Assembly: GCA_951406725.2 (NCBI GenBank) | Contig: OX597818.1 | Coordinates: forward strand, 131,998,001 to 132,062,000 | DNA length: 64,000 nt | Source: Octopus vulgaris | Lineage: Eukaryota | Direction of reading: 5' to 3' | Part shown: piece after piece, positions 32,353-45,917 of the stretch | How positions within the stretch are numbered: position 1 is the first letter of the stretch | Layout of the letters: each line of letters starts with the position of its first letter | The notes under the pieces: model-generated | The model's database searches: none | Seen by the model: the letters and a program-made list of their open reading frames with translations, nothing else | What the model was told of the DNA's origin: nothing | Translations under genes and position numbers: made by a program

Positions 32353-33018
32353 CATATGCACATATATACACACATTGCATATGTGTATGTATATCTGTGT
32401 ATATACATACATACATATAGACACATAAACACACACTCACTTTTGTATATATTTGCATATTGCATATATCTTTACATGTTGATCTGGATGTTATCTCTAC
32501 TAGAAGCTTGCATATGTTAACAACTATGAGAAAGCAGCTAAAACTACATTGAAACCCCCCTTTCCTGTAGACACTACCACACAGACACACTTCATAATAG
32601 TGCAGCAGCCATCATGTAATTGCATCTGCTAATCAATCACCACATTTTTGCATAAGCAACTTGCCATCTAAAACTTGTACATTCGTTTGGCTGTGGTGAT
32701 TTGAAACAAGATCCTGGCAATTTCAGAATTAAATGCCAAATTGGTTTCAGGCAGTGAAGATTCTCAGATGTATTCTGATTTACCTGTATCTTATGTATGA
32801 TTGATTGACTGTATAATTGCTTTGTTGTTAGTTTTGCGAGGAGGAGGTATCAGCCTCTCTCATATACTGTTTTGTGTATGTGTGCTTACATGTGTGTGTA
32901 TATAAATATATATCTTTGTGTTTATATATATATTTATATATACACATATATATTTCTTTATTGCCCACAGGGGCTAAATATAGAGGGGACATATATATAT
33001 ATACACACATATATAAAC

Positions 33019-33050
<32 letters not shown>

Positions 33051-33134
33051 ACACAAAGATATATATATCTATGCATGTAAGTATTTATGTGTGTGTGTAT
33101 ATATATATATGTATGTATGTATGTATTTATCTCG

Positions 33135-33167
<33 letters not shown>

Positions 33168-33603
33168 CACATACATATGTGTACATAAACGCGCACATAT
33201 ATGTACATGCACCTGCACATATATAATATTCTCCTATTCTTGCACTTGCTGCAGTTGTTAAGCTGCAGCCATATTGCTTTGAAACAAATTTGTCAATCAT
33301 AATGACCCCATATTTGTTTTTAAGTTCCTTATTTGTGCAATTCCTCTCTTTTTTGTTGGGTCACTGAACCTTAGGGAACACAAACAAACCAATTCCGTTA
33401 CTCAAACTGTGAGAGACAAATGCCTAGACATATACTCTTTTCACATGTTGAAATATTTTTGTACTAAACTTTCAGACAGTTTCTCTATACCAAATTGCAC
33501 TCACACAACATCGGTCCACCTAAGGCTATTTATTTTTTCATGTGCATGTGATTATATATATATATATATATAAAAATATATATATATATAAATGTATATG
33601 TAT

Positions 33604-33677
<74 letters not shown>

Positions 33678-33685
33678 GTATATAT

Positions 33686-33716
<31 letters not shown>

Positions 33717-33771
33717 AATGTATATATATACACACACACATATGTATAGATACAATACATATATAAATATG

Positions 33772-33982
33772 AGGCGGCAAAAGTGTTAGAATGCCAGGTG
33801 AAATGCTTAACAGTATTTCATGTCTGTCTGTACGTTCTGAGTTCAAATTCCGCCAAGGTTGACTTTGCCTTTAATCCTTTCAGGATTGATAAATTTAAGT
33901 ACCAGCTGCATACTGGGGTTGATCTAATCGACTGGCCCTCCTCCCCCAAAATTTCGGGCCTTGTGCCCAGAGTAGAAAAGAA
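33772..33982 (+). mobile_element. Family A SINE (variant tail), CpG-decayed
   Basis: GTTCTGAGTTCAAATTCCGCCAAGGTTGACTTTGCCTTTAATCCTTTCAGGATTGATAAA...GGCCTTGTGCCCAGAGTAGAAAAG. Confidence 0.8.
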
Positions 33983-34002
33983 TATGTATATAAATATGAA
34001 CA

Positions 34003-34038
<36 letters not shown>

Positions 34039-34125
34039 GTATATATATATGAATGAAAATAAGTTTCATGCATAGATGTGGTGTACATATATATAATTTT
34101 ATATACACATTTGCATATGTGTGTG

Positions 34126-34178
<53 letters not shown>

Positions 34179-34931
34179 ACACATAATGTGAGTATAAATA
34201 TTTATACACACACACATATATCCACATATAATGTCTATGTGCATGTGTATATATATTAATATATATTTACATGCGCACACACATATACATACACACACAC
34301 ATACAGATGTATATATAGTGTAAGATGTTCATATATATATATGTTGTGTCTCATGATGTAGTTAGAAAACCAATTATAATTCTGCTCATAAGTTCCACAT
34401 TTGCAAGAAAAATTTAGTGGAGCCATCAAAATATCACTGCTTTATCATATATACCTAACCTGGTTGGACACTTGCATATCTCAGGTACCCCCACCACCAC
34501 TAATCAAAAGTAGTGGTGGTGGTGGTAGTTGTTGTTGTATTAAAACTAAATAGTCTAAAAGAGAAATCATTAGAAAAAAGAAGCAAACGTACAAAAAGAA
34601 ACTGAAGAAATGTAATCAATAATTAAGCTATTGATGTTGCTGTTATTGTCCTTCCCAAGCCAATAAGTTCTATCTCCTGTCCATTGCAGTCGATTCCAAT
34701 GTTCTGATATAATAACAACAGCCTGCTGTCACTGCTTCCTTGTTCTGTTCCAAGTTGACAGTTTCCTCTTTGGCAGGCAGTGTCCGTGGATTTAAAGAGG
34801 AACACGGTCACACATGCACACACTGACTCACACACACACACACTCTTTTTTTTCTATTTACTCTCCTTATAACCAATTAAAAAAAAATGAAAGAAATGGA
34901 AAATATATGTTGATATGTTTTACACATGCAT

Positions 34932-35158
34932 ATATTTCTTTACTACCCACAAGGGGCTACACACAGAGGGGACAAATAAGGACAGACAAACGGATTATGT
35001 CGAAAACCCAGTGCGTAACTGGTACTTAATTTATCGACCCCCGAAAGGATGAAAGGCAAAGTCGACCTCGGCGGAATTTGAACTCAGAACGTAACGGCAG
35101 GCGAAATACAGCTACGCATTTTGCCCAGCGTGCTAACGTTTCTGCCAGCTCGCCGCCT
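34932..35158 (-). mobile_element. Family A SINE
   Basis: Close match to 206-438. Confidence 0.9.
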
Positions 35159-35388
35159 TGTTTTACACATGCATACGTTTGAATGCATGTGGTTGCAGTG
35201 TGTGATATGTGCATGCAACTGTGTGTGTGTGTGTGTGTGCATCAGTGTAAAAATAAACTTGAAAACGAAAAAGGGTTCAAAATGAATAAGGAAGGAATAG
35301 GTTTTAACTAATAGCATTTGTTATTGAAATTATTATTATTATTATTATTATTATCATCAACATCATCATCATAGTTATGAAAGTGGTA

Positions 35389-35613
35389 TGGTGGTGAGCT
35401 GGCAGAATCGTTAGCACGCCGGGTGAAGTGCTTACCGGTAATTCGTCTGCCGTTACGTTCTAAGTTCAAATTCCGCCGAGGTCGACTTTGCCTTTCATCC
35501 TTTCGGGGTCGATAAATTAAGTACCAGTTACGTACTGGGGTCGATATAATCGATAATCGATTTAATCCGTTTGTCTGTTCTTGTTTGTCCCCTCTGTGTT
35601 TAGCCCCTTGTGG
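35389..35613 (+). mobile_element. Family A SINE
   Basis: GGTGGTGAGCTGGCAGAATCGTTAGCACGCCGGG...TTTAGCCCCTTGTGG; inverted relative to the 34932-35158 copy. Confidence 0.9.
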
Positions 35614-35756
35614 TGAAATTAGTACAACAAAATATATATTGCAATACTTAGTCACATCCCTCTATATAATGCATTTGAATATCACCAAGGTACATAAATG
35701 ACTACTAAATTGTTACTTGAGTAGTAATTACCATTATAAACTCAATATACTCATTG

Positions 35757-36128
35757 GTGCAAGTGTAGCTGTGTAGTAAAAAGCTTGCTCCCCAACCACA
35801 CAACTCTGAGTTGAGTCCCACAGAGTGGAACTCTGGGAAAGTGTATTTTACTATAACCTTGGGCAGACCAAAGACTTGTGAGTGGACGTGGTAACTGGAA
35901 ACTGAAAGAAGCCCATTGTATGAGTATGCGTTTGTCACCCACCACTGCTTGGCAACAAATGTAGGTGTGTTTATGTCCCTGTAACTTAGTGGTTTGGCAA
36001 AAGAGACTTACAGAACCAAGCTAAAAAATAAGTACTGAGGTCAGTTCATTTAACTAAAAATTGTCCATTGCAGAGCTCTTGCATGGCTGCAGTCTACTGA
36101 CTGAAACAAGTAAAAGATAAAAGATAAA
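35757..36128 (+). mobile_element. Family B SINE, diverged and CpG-decayed
   Basis: Colinear with 3243-3638 from the GTAGCTGTGTAGTAA head to the CTGAAACAAGTAAAAGATAAAAGAT tail. Confidence 0.8.
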
Positions 36129-36340
36129 AAAATACCATAGTCATCAAAATACAATACTTAAAAATACAAATATAACACAATGTATATGTTTTATATACAC
36201 ACGCAACTTTATGTTTGTGCATATGTAGATGTGTATATGTGTGTATATATAAGTGTGCGTATGTGTGTGTGTATAATATATAAATTGCCGCATGGGGAGC
36301 GAACGTTAAATGATGATGGTGATTCGCATGTGTGTATATA

Positions 36341-36483
36341 TCACTTAGTGGTTCAGCAAAAGAGACCGATAGAATAAGTACTGGGCTTACAAAGAATAAG
36401 TCCCGGGGTCGATTTGCTCGACTAAAGGTGGTGCTCCAGCGTGGCTGCAGTCAAATGACTGAAACAAGTAAAAGAGTAAAAGA

Positions 36484-36484
<1 letters not shown>
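36341..36484 (+). mobile_element. Family B SINE 3' half
   Basis: TCACTTAGTGGTTCAGCAAAAGAGACCGATAGAATAAGTAC...AAACAAGTAAAAGAGTAAAAGAG. Confidence 0.85.
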
Positions 36485-36530
<46 letters not shown>

Positions 36531-38076
36531 ATTTATTATTGTTTATATATATATATATATATACACACATATATACATACACACAAACACATGAAAGATA
36601 TATATGTGTGTGCGTGTATATAAGAGAGAGAAAAATTGTATGTGAGATTTTATTTCGCTAAAGCTTATGAAGATGACAAGTAAATATACACTTTGATGGT
36701 GCCAACTTGTCCCACCCATGCAGTTAATGAGAAAATGATGTAAAAATGATATATTATTTCTCTTTGAGGCATGATGGAAGCTAAATTAACTTTGACAGGT
36801 TTTGAACTTATATAGCTTCCAGTTTAAATCCTATAAAATATTTAGACAAGGTCTCTGTCACTTCTGCCAACCTGTTTCACTGTCACTCAATCTATTCATA
36901 CACACATAGTGAATTAATTGTTATACAATTTTTGTGCTAATAATCTATGTTTTCTTCCACTTATTATTTTTCTCGACAAGTTCGATATTTAAAAGAACAA
37001 GAAGATTCATTTGGGTCTCCTTTTTTTAGTTTCTTTGCTCTTTACCTGGTCAATTGATTTAATTCTTTTCTTTTGATCTCTTCAGTTTAATCTGCTCACA
37101 TGAACACAGCCTAAACACACACACACACAAGAAAAGGAAACAAAGAAAAAAAGTTTGATACATTCCTTTGATCATGTTGGATTATTATTGTTTTTTTGTG
37201 TGTGTATGTATGATACTTACCTTTTGACTCCTTATCTTATATCTTGAGGCGGAATAATAAAACAAAACTAAAAATTTCACATATATACATACAGACTAGA
37301 AAAATTAAAGATGCAGTAAACTGCAAATCACAAGAAAGCAATAGGCTTAAGATTACAACATAAAATCATTATATTGGATTGATGCTATAAAATATACTAT
37401 AAAACTCTACTATAAGTAAAAGAATTTTCCTAAAAGGCTCCTAAATTCTCAAAACTCAAATAAAATGAAATGAAATTATGTAAAAACTGCTACAGATTTT
37501 TCTACGTACATCATTTTAATTAATGCTAATTACAGTACTTTAATATGCAGCAAATATAGCATAGACAACAAGGCACCAAACTAATATATATACAGTGCAG
37601 TATTAAGTTTTGTCAGATTTTTTCTAGTTTTTTTAGCTCATGTCTTGCTGGTAAGTCAGCTTTATTTTTCACCCCACCACTGGTTTATAAAACAGATACT
37701 AGTAATTTCTTGGTGTTAATTTCTAACCCTTATATAATTTAGTTTTGTGTCTGATGAAAAGAAATCAATAACTGTCTAAGTTTCATAGATGCAGGTGGTC
37801 ACTAAGCATAAAGCAGCAAACTACATTACAGCATTAAATTCACTCTCTCTCTCTCTCTCTCAGTTCCGAATTCAAATCTCTGTTGGAGTTATTGAGGGTC
37901 AATGAGAATAGTACCAGTAATACACTGACATTGATTCAGTCACTCGTTTACAACCTTACAAGACTTATTCTGTATATTCCAATAAATACTTATTTTAGTT
38001 TTTTTAAAGTATTAAAGATTTATAGTTAAAAATTACAGTGTTTTATTTTAATCATTTATATGTGAAACATCTTTAA

Positions 38077-38297
38077 CCCTTTAGCATTTAAACCGGTCAT
38101 ATCCGGCCAAAAGACTTCTGCCTGTTTTATGTTCAAACTGGCCAGATCTGGTCTCTCACACCAACCCTACACTATCATCTTAAAAATTAACAGCTACCTC
38201 ATCAAAATCTCATAGCTACAAGATAATGCATGATTAGTTCAAAACAAAGTGGATAAAAAAGGATTAATTTTGGTAGAATAATGCAAACACTAAAGGG
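38077..38297. mobile_element. piggyBac-type MITE (family P1)
   Basis: TTAA|CCCTTTAG ... CTAAAGGG|TTAA; interior matches 50698-50915 and, inverted, 51322-51542. Confidence 0.9.
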
Positions 38298-39685
38298 TTA
38301 AGATTACAAAAATTCAGGCATTCTGTTGAGTCTTGCATAAGGACACATAATCTACCACACTTTTATTAACCTCACTGTAATGAACAAACAGCAGATCTGG
38401 GGGAATTTCGCTGTTGATAAACTGGTGTCACATCCATGGGGAGAAGAAAGGAAATTTCTCCCTCATTTACTTAACAGCAACTAAATTTAACCACAGCATT
38501 GAAAAACCTCCGTGATTTGTGGAGCTTATAAATATATATATATATGTGTGTGTGTCTGTTTTATGAGAATGTATACTTGTGTGTGCATGTGTGCCTATGC
38601 ATGTAAATATATATATATATATTTATATACATAAAGTGTGTGCATGTGCTTGTACCAGTCTGATTGAAAGTAAGTGTGTGTGCTTATAAATATTTATATT
38701 TATTTATATGAAATATAAACAAATTTAGTTGCTTTCTTGTATGAAATATAAAGCAAGTATTAGACAATTTCTAATCAATTTGTTCATTAACAGTTTTTTT
38801 TAAAATTTCCTGTTTCTTACTTAATTACTTATTTAGAGATTAGATTAGATTTTCTCACAATCTAAGAAGTGAGAGATGTTTATTTAATAATATTTATGTA
38901 TATAATTTATGTATGTATAATACATGCACTCACAAACACATGCATATATGTATTTCACTTAAACACACCTATGTCAAAAGAGAGTTTATTTAATAATGTT
39001 TATTGCTGTTTATATAATTATTTATCTTACACACCTGCATCACGATAATCACAGCAAACCAAAAATAGAGCTAATTGCATTTGTCAATATATAATATGCG
39101 TATGTGTGAGTATGTTAGGATATGTGAGTGTGTATAGTTTTGAAACAAATGTAAATTAACATGACAAAAAATAGGTATATATATTTTAATTTTAATCATT
39201 TTAAAAGCTATTCTTTCCTTTCCTTTCTTTCTTCATCACTTTCTTCTAGCTTCTCTTCCCCCTCTTTCTTTTCCATGGATGAATATTATAAATGATTTGA
39301 ATTATAATTCCTATTTACAATCAATAATCTGAGTTAAAATAAAGGCAAGAGGAAAAAAAAAAACTCCAAAGAACTTCATACTTATTTTCAAGTTTTAAAA
39401 AGTTAAAAACATTATTTCTCTTTCTACACTAGGATAATATGATAACTGATGATGTACTCATTAAATAACTTGTTATAGATTGGGTAAGGAAGACCTAGGT
39501 GTAAATAGGTGCCCCTGAGTTGATACTATAGTCAATTATTATGAGGGAACCACTGTGAAATTGATGGTTTTTGACCAGCTTGTTCAAAATCCCATAATGG
39601 GTTTAATCTTAAAAAAAGGACGGGCTCATTCAGTCTGCTTTGCATTCAATGATAGAGACCAGATGAAAACGAAGTCTTCAGTTAA

Positions 39686-39907
39686 CCCTTTCGTTACCAA
39701 CCCGGCTGAAACCGCCTCTGGCTCTGTAGTACAAATGTCTTGTTTTCATAAGTTTTGAATTAAAATCTTCCACCAAACCTTAGTCACAATTAATGTTCCT
39801 AACCACTAGCTTAATGATAACTAAATTATTTTACTGAATTCTTTGTTATATCTAAAGTAATTGAAAGAAACACAGAGCATCTCAAAATAAATACAGTAAT
39901 GAAAGGG
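39686..39907. mobile_element. piggyBac-type MITE (family P2)
   Basis: TTAA|CCCTTTCGTTAC ... GTAATGAAAGGG|TTAA; same size as P1 but a distinct interior. Confidence 0.88.
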
Positions 39908-40086
39908 TTAAAAGTACTTCTACAATTCAGTAGGTAATGGGACATAAGCACGAAGAGGAAGGACTGAGAGATTTTGAATAATTTACAAACTAAAATACAC
40001 ATACACGTAAGAATACATATATGTGTTTGCACATAAGGAAATATATATTTATAACTGTCAAATCTATTTCATAATGAAACTTGTAC

Positions 40087-40254
40087 CTTGTTAACCTCAG
40101 GCAGCTCCATCAGCTGATCCAGTCAGCATTGCTTATGGTTAGTGTTTTGGATAAGCTAACATGTCAGTCAGTCAGTCAGTCAGGTGGGTCAAGATGTTTT
40201 ATCCATGGCGATCACAATTTTCAACATCAGGTCATGCTGTCCTAAGATGGACAA
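40087..40254 (-). other. Candidate spliced exon (non-coding or 5' UTR)
   Basis: Minus strand: long polypyrimidine tract ...TTCTTCTTCTTTTTTTTTAAAG| then 168 nt of non-repetitive sequence ending AACAAG|GTACAA; stops in all three frames. Confidence 0.35.
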
Positions 40255-40922
40255 CTTTAAAAAAAAAGAAGAAGAAAAAAAAGATAATAGAGAATAGAGA
40301 ATGAAATGTGGTTTTTTCCTATAAGGCCATAAAAGAAATTTATAAATGGATTTCTATGACTGCTACATGGAGTAAATTGGGTGGACTGCGTTAGCTGCTT
40401 CTGCGCTGCCTTGTGTCAATGTATTTGTAGTAGGCTTAGCTTAGTTGTTCACCAAAAGGCAGTTATTTTAGTACTCCCTGGCCAACGAAGGGAGAGAACT
40501 ACTTCGTGCTGCTATTTTTCTTCTTTCTCTTATTATTATTATTATTTTTTTTTTTATTAAACTGTACTTTTAGTTAGCAATATCTAATTGAGGGAAAAAG
40601 AGAAACTAGGGAATTATCTTAACTTTTTTACAACTTGGACTATATCATTTACTGAATGCTGAGATTAGCAAAAGGCTAGTATACATTTTATTTGGATTGT
40701 GAAACACTTTAGTTTATTTCTTTATTCAAGATGTGTGTTTTTGGAGTTGTTTGTGCCTTATTCTCATTGATGAGTAGATTTAATTCTCATCCAACTTTTC
40801 TTTAGCTGCAATTAGGCAGCAGCAACATGGAAAAGACAGTGTAATTTTTTTCTAAATAATCTATTGTCAGCATAAAGAAATTATGCAAGTGAGAGGGTTC
40901 AAATGTTACTAATTAACACAAT

Positions 40923-40967
<45 letters not shown>

Positions 40968-41007
40968 GGTGGATGTGGGTGTGTACACATATACATATGT
41001 ATATATG

Positions 41008-41039
<32 letters not shown>

Positions 41040-41324
41040 TATATAAACCACCCTCTTGATTATCTTTTTTAATAATTTTGATATATATTTAAATAATATA
41101 AATTAATTAATCTTATGTATTGGCTTAAGTTTTTCATTGTATGATTTGCCTAATAGTGGTTTTATCTCTAATTTAATATAATATATATATATATATATAT
41201 ACATATATATATAAACCCATGCTAGTATGGAAAGCGGACGCTAAATGATGATGATGATGATGATGATGATATATACATACATACATACATACATACATAC
41301 ATACATACATACATACACACATAC

Positions 41325-41383
<59 letters not shown>

Positions 41384-42152
41384 GAAATAAAATAACTCCA
41401 TAAATAATGCATATTTCATCTATTTTTTATAATAGAAAAAGAGTGCAGTTTTTCATTTCATCTAGACAGTAACATTTGATGATAATGATATTTGTTTCTG
41501 ATTTAGGCACAAAACCAGCAATTCTGAAAGCAAAGGGTGAGATTGATACCATCAACTCTTGTACTTGACTGGTACTTCATGCAAATGATACTAGAGGGAT
41601 TAAAGACAAAGTTGACTTCTTCAGGATTTGAACTCAGAATATAAAAATCCAATAAGAATGCTGGTGTCCTAAAGGTTTTGGTGTGTTAAAGTCCTGTCAG
41701 CTGACTGCCTCTTTGATAATGGTTTCTGATTTAGGCACAAGGGTGGCAAATTTAAGATTTGTAAATACCATGAACCCTAGTTCTTGACTGGCACATTATT
41801 TTATTGATGATCTCTAGAGGGATCAAAAGCAGAGATGGCTTAAGCAGGATTTTCTTTTTCTCTTGCATTCTAATGATTCTGCCAGCTTAAAAGTATTTTT
41901 AAATTTTTCACAGGAGTCCATATATTTATTGAAACTTTACACAAAGCTTACAGGACATGTTAAAATGTGCACACAGATACACACATACATATGCATAACT
42001 TCTCCTCCTTTCATACAAACATGAAAACTAACACTGCACCAACACACTTCCATACATCCTGTTCTGGTTGATGGACCTCACATCATGCCATACATAACGA
42101 AAATTTCTTTTAACTGCTCCTTCAAGAGCATATGGTGGCTCTCTCTAATATA

Positions 42153-42303
42153 TACGACAGGCTTCTTTCAGTTTCCATCTACCAAATCTACTCACAAGGC
42201 TTTGGTCGGCCCGAGGCTATAGTAGAAGTGCCACACAGTGGGACTGAACCCGGAGCCATGTAGTTCGTAAGCAAGCTACTTACCACACAGCCACTCTTAC
42301 GCC
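42153..42303 (-). mobile_element. Family B SINE 5' half with internal deletion
   Basis: Minus strand GGCGTAAGAGTGGCTGTGTGGTAAGTAGCTTGC...GAAAGAAGCCTGTCGTATATA. Confidence 0.85.
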
Positions 42304-42535
42304 TATATACACCAATATATATATATGCAGAGTCACTTCCCTCTTTGCCCAGTTCTCGATAAAATGATGGAGGGAGTATGAATAGTCCTTTATGTGGCAT
42401 ACTTCTCTCCAAACATTTTTCTGGGAGCTGACCTGTACACTATTTCATTCTAGTTCACAATGCTTGCTAATGGTGAGCAGCTGTTGATGCTTTCATTTTC
42501 GAAGTTTACAATTTTACCACTGAATTTTTGTGTTT

Positions 42536-42743
42536 AAACAACACAGCTCCCACGACTTTCGGAAACATTTTTTCACGCTCAGAGTTGCTGAAGCATGGAA
42601 TAAACTGCCTGCGTCAGTTGTTGACTGCCATGACACTGCATCCTTTAAGGCCCTCATGCTTTCCAAAATCCGCCGAAACTACACCTGATTATATATACAC
42701 TTTAGATGAGTTGTAGTGCACCTGAGCACTATTATTATTATTT
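42536..42743 (+). mobile_element. 5'-truncated CR1/L2-group LINE 3' end
   Basis: Translates KQHSSHDFRKHFFTLRVAEAWNKLPASVVDCHDTASFKALMLSKIRRNYT* (stop 42686-42688), matching the RxxFFxxRVxxxWNxLPxxVV C-terminal motif of CR1-group ORF2; short 3' UTR and (ATT)n tail. Confidence 0.85.
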
Positions 42744-44611
42744 AAAATATATTAGTGCAAATGCTTCCTTTTTCATCTATCTTCTTTTTAATCACTTCTT
42801 TCTTTTCTTTTTGTGATCAAAATGAATTTCAAAACTTACTATATGTGTAGCTTGTACCTCCTTCTGCATTTTTCTATAGCAATATATTAAATCACAGGTA
42901 AATGCTAAATTATTCTGAAGTCCTTTATTTGCGAAAAAAAAAAAAAAAAAAAAAGAAGAGGAAGGAAAACACGAACTTCCTTTCCATCAAATTAAATGTG
43001 GTAAATCCAGTTTTTCCCCCAAAATTGTCTTGCATCCATCCATTCACTGCAAACAACAATAACAAGTATAATAATAATAATAATAATTTTGAACATAGGC
43101 GCAAAGTGGTTAGTCAATTATGCCAACTCCAGTACTTGACTGGTACTTTATCAACTCTGAAAGGATAAAAGGCAAAGTTGACCTAGGTTGAAACTGAATT
43201 CAAACTGTAAAGAGCTGTTATAAATACTAATGCTCTAATGATTCTGCCAAATAATAATATTATAAATGTTTTATTTTAACTATAAAGCTTTCGGTATTTT
43301 TTTATTATTATCAACATGACAGGCTTTCCAGGCAGACTATTGAAAAACCTTGTTTTATGCAAGTTTTTTTCTCTTTTTTTTTTCATTTTGTTATATTACT
43401 GAGTAAAGTACTTGCAACATACTTCATTGTCATGTCATTAGACAAATGAAAGATATTTCTGCCTGAAAAATCATAGCCTTTACATTTATGAACAAACATT
43501 ATCTTTGAACTTTAGAAGTTATTTTTCTCTCAAGGTGAGAGAGAGAGAGGGATAGTGATGGGGTTGGGGTGGGGGTGGACAAATAAAAAAAAAAAATATA
43601 TATATGGAAGAAAGAAAGAGAGATGATCAAAAATGATTTTCAGAAGAAGAAATGAAGGAAAGATTGTTGCATTGACACAGATCTTCATTTGTTTAAGAAA
43701 ACCATTGACGAGGTATTATTTTGCTTTCCGCAATGTTTTTTTTATGCATGCATACAAGTGTGTATGTTATGACATGTAACGATATGCTTTATCTTTCATA
43801 TATGGTTGAGTTGCATAATATATATAATAATTGAAGTGTATATTATGTATTGATTTCAAATTTTAGCACAAAGGTAAATCAATTACATTGACCCCCAGTA
43901 CTTAATTGGTATGTATTTTATCAATCATGCAAAGATGAAAGGCAAAGTTAACCTTGGTGGGATCTGAACTCAAAGTGTAAAGACAGGCAAAATGCTGCTC
44001 AAACATTTTGTCTGGCATGCTAGCAATTCTGCCAGCGAGACTCCTTTATGTGTATATTATACATTGATAATAAACACACATGTTCTATACACTCACATAA
44101 ATACATGCATGAATATGTATTATATATATGTTCAAAGTTCAGGTCGCCTCTACTACTGCTGATAAGTAAAAGGCAAATTGTATAATGCTTGTGTGTGAAA
44201 AGCAATATTGCACTTGGGCCCTGAATGTTGGGGGATTTCTGGTGGCTTCAAAGGAAATGAACATGCTCTGCAGGAAGTGGATACAGGAAGTGGGGAACTC
44301 AATTGAGTTCAGAGAAGAGATGTAGCTTGCAAGATAGAATAACACTGGTATGGCAATGTGATGTCGGAAGAGTTGTATTAAAGAAGTGACGAATGCTCAA
44401 AGTAGATGAAACTTAGAGAACAGGGAAACTCAGGATGATGTGAGGTAAAGTGATGTAAACTAATTACAAGAAGCTGGACCTCATGGAGGAATTGACAAAG
44501 AACTAAGAAAAGAGACTTATTTTCCAGAGGAAACTTCCCGACCAATGCTTGCCGGTTGAATGGACATAGAGCAGATAGTGGGGATGCGAACTAGAATATA
44601 TAATATATCCA

Positions 44612-44945
44612 GCCTTGTCTGGCACCTGTGTCGGTGGCACATAAAAAACACCATCCGAGCGTGGCCGTTTGCCAGCCTCGTCTGGCACCTGTGTTGGTGG
44701 CACATAAAAAGCACCATCCGAGCGTGGCCGTTCGCCAGCCTCGTCTGGCACCTGTGTCGGTGGCACATAAAATCACCCACTACACTCTCGGAGTGGTTGG
44801 CGTTAGGAAGGGCATCCAGCTGTAGAAACACTGCCAGATCTGACTGGCCTGGTGCAGCCTTCGGGCTTCCCAGGCTCCAGTTGAACCGTCCAACCCATGC
44901 TAGCATGGAAGGCGGACGTTAAACGATGATGATGATGATGATGAT
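44612..44945 (+). mobile_element. Family C retroposon 3' part with (GAT)n tail and an internal 63-bp tandem repeat
   Basis: GAGTGGTTGGCGTTAGGAAGGGCATCCAGC...CCAACCCATGCTAGCATGGAAGGCGGACGTTAAACGATGATGAT; 63-bp unit starts at ~44612, 44675 and 44738; inverted copy at 57439-57658. Confidence 0.85.
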
Positions 44946-45713
44946 CCACATTATGCACCTGTTTCCCTCTGCTACTCCACTATATCACCTCTTTATTTAT
45001 TACTCATGCTCTCTTATTCACTGTTCTATGCTACCTGGGTCTTAAGGAATGGCATTGGATATTTTCGTACTCAGTCAACACACCATCACTGATTACCACT
45101 CAACCTCTCTTCTATCATGACATCTATGTAATGAAGGATGCATTAGATTTGACATATCTTCACATATAACTCCTCACTGATGTCCTCCATCCTGTCACAA
45201 TCTCTTGCTATCATTGATTTTACTCTCTCATACCATCTCTTGAGTTCATTGCTGACCTTCAGTTTTTCACTCCCATATTACTCTCTCCTAACACTCTTGG
45301 CTGGCATACATCAATTTCTTCCTCTCACATCCTTTACTCCTCCCTTCGCCGTTACTGATTTCCCCTATTATTCCCTCTTCTCTCATTATGCTGCTCATGG
45401 TATTTTCCTATTCAAGCTCTTTACCAATAACCAACATGTTGCAGCTTGTCATTATTTCTTACATAACCTCTTTGCATAGTGCCCTTTTGTTTATATCCTC
45501 CTATTATTCTCATACTTTTTCTCTCCTTTCACTCTCTCACTCGGAGTCTTTCTCTCTCTTTGAACTAGTGTTGATTCTATGATAAAATGCATACAGTGCA
45601 TTTTGTGAAGAAGTTGGCAAATCAACATAGAAAATATAGAGTCGAGAGATCCTGTCAAATTATACTAGAGGTAATTTCTCCAGTGCTGGTTCTATGTATG
45701 ATAAAGTGTATCC

Positions 45714-45917
45714 AATAATAATAATAATAATAAACATTGTGTACAGTGCTCAGGTGCACTACAACTCATCTAAAGTGCATATATAATCAGGTGTAGTTTC
45801 GACGGATTTCGGAAAGCATGAGGGCCTTAAAGGATGCAGTGTCATGGCAGTCAACAACTGACGCAGGCAGTTTATTCCATGCTTCAGCAACTCTGAGCGT
45901 GAAGAAATGTTTCCGAA
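45714..45917 (-). mobile_element. Second CR1/L2-group LINE 3' end
   Basis: Near-identical reverse complement of 42558-42730 with a (TAT)n tail. Confidence 0.85.

Noticed and set aside
34715-34805. Short inverted matches (TTCCTCTTT/AAAGAGGAA, GCCTGC/GCAGGC, CTGTCA/TGACAG)
   Set aside because: The stems are short and partly mutually exclusive; no coherent fold.
38398-38462. Two NF-kB-like motifs (GGGGAATTTC, GGAAATTTCTCC)
   Set aside because: Short degenerate motifs are expected by chance in 64 kb and there is no linked gene.
44204-44226. TATTGCACTTG, the 5' half of miR-92
   Set aside because: The 3' half diverges and no convincing precursor hairpin is evident.
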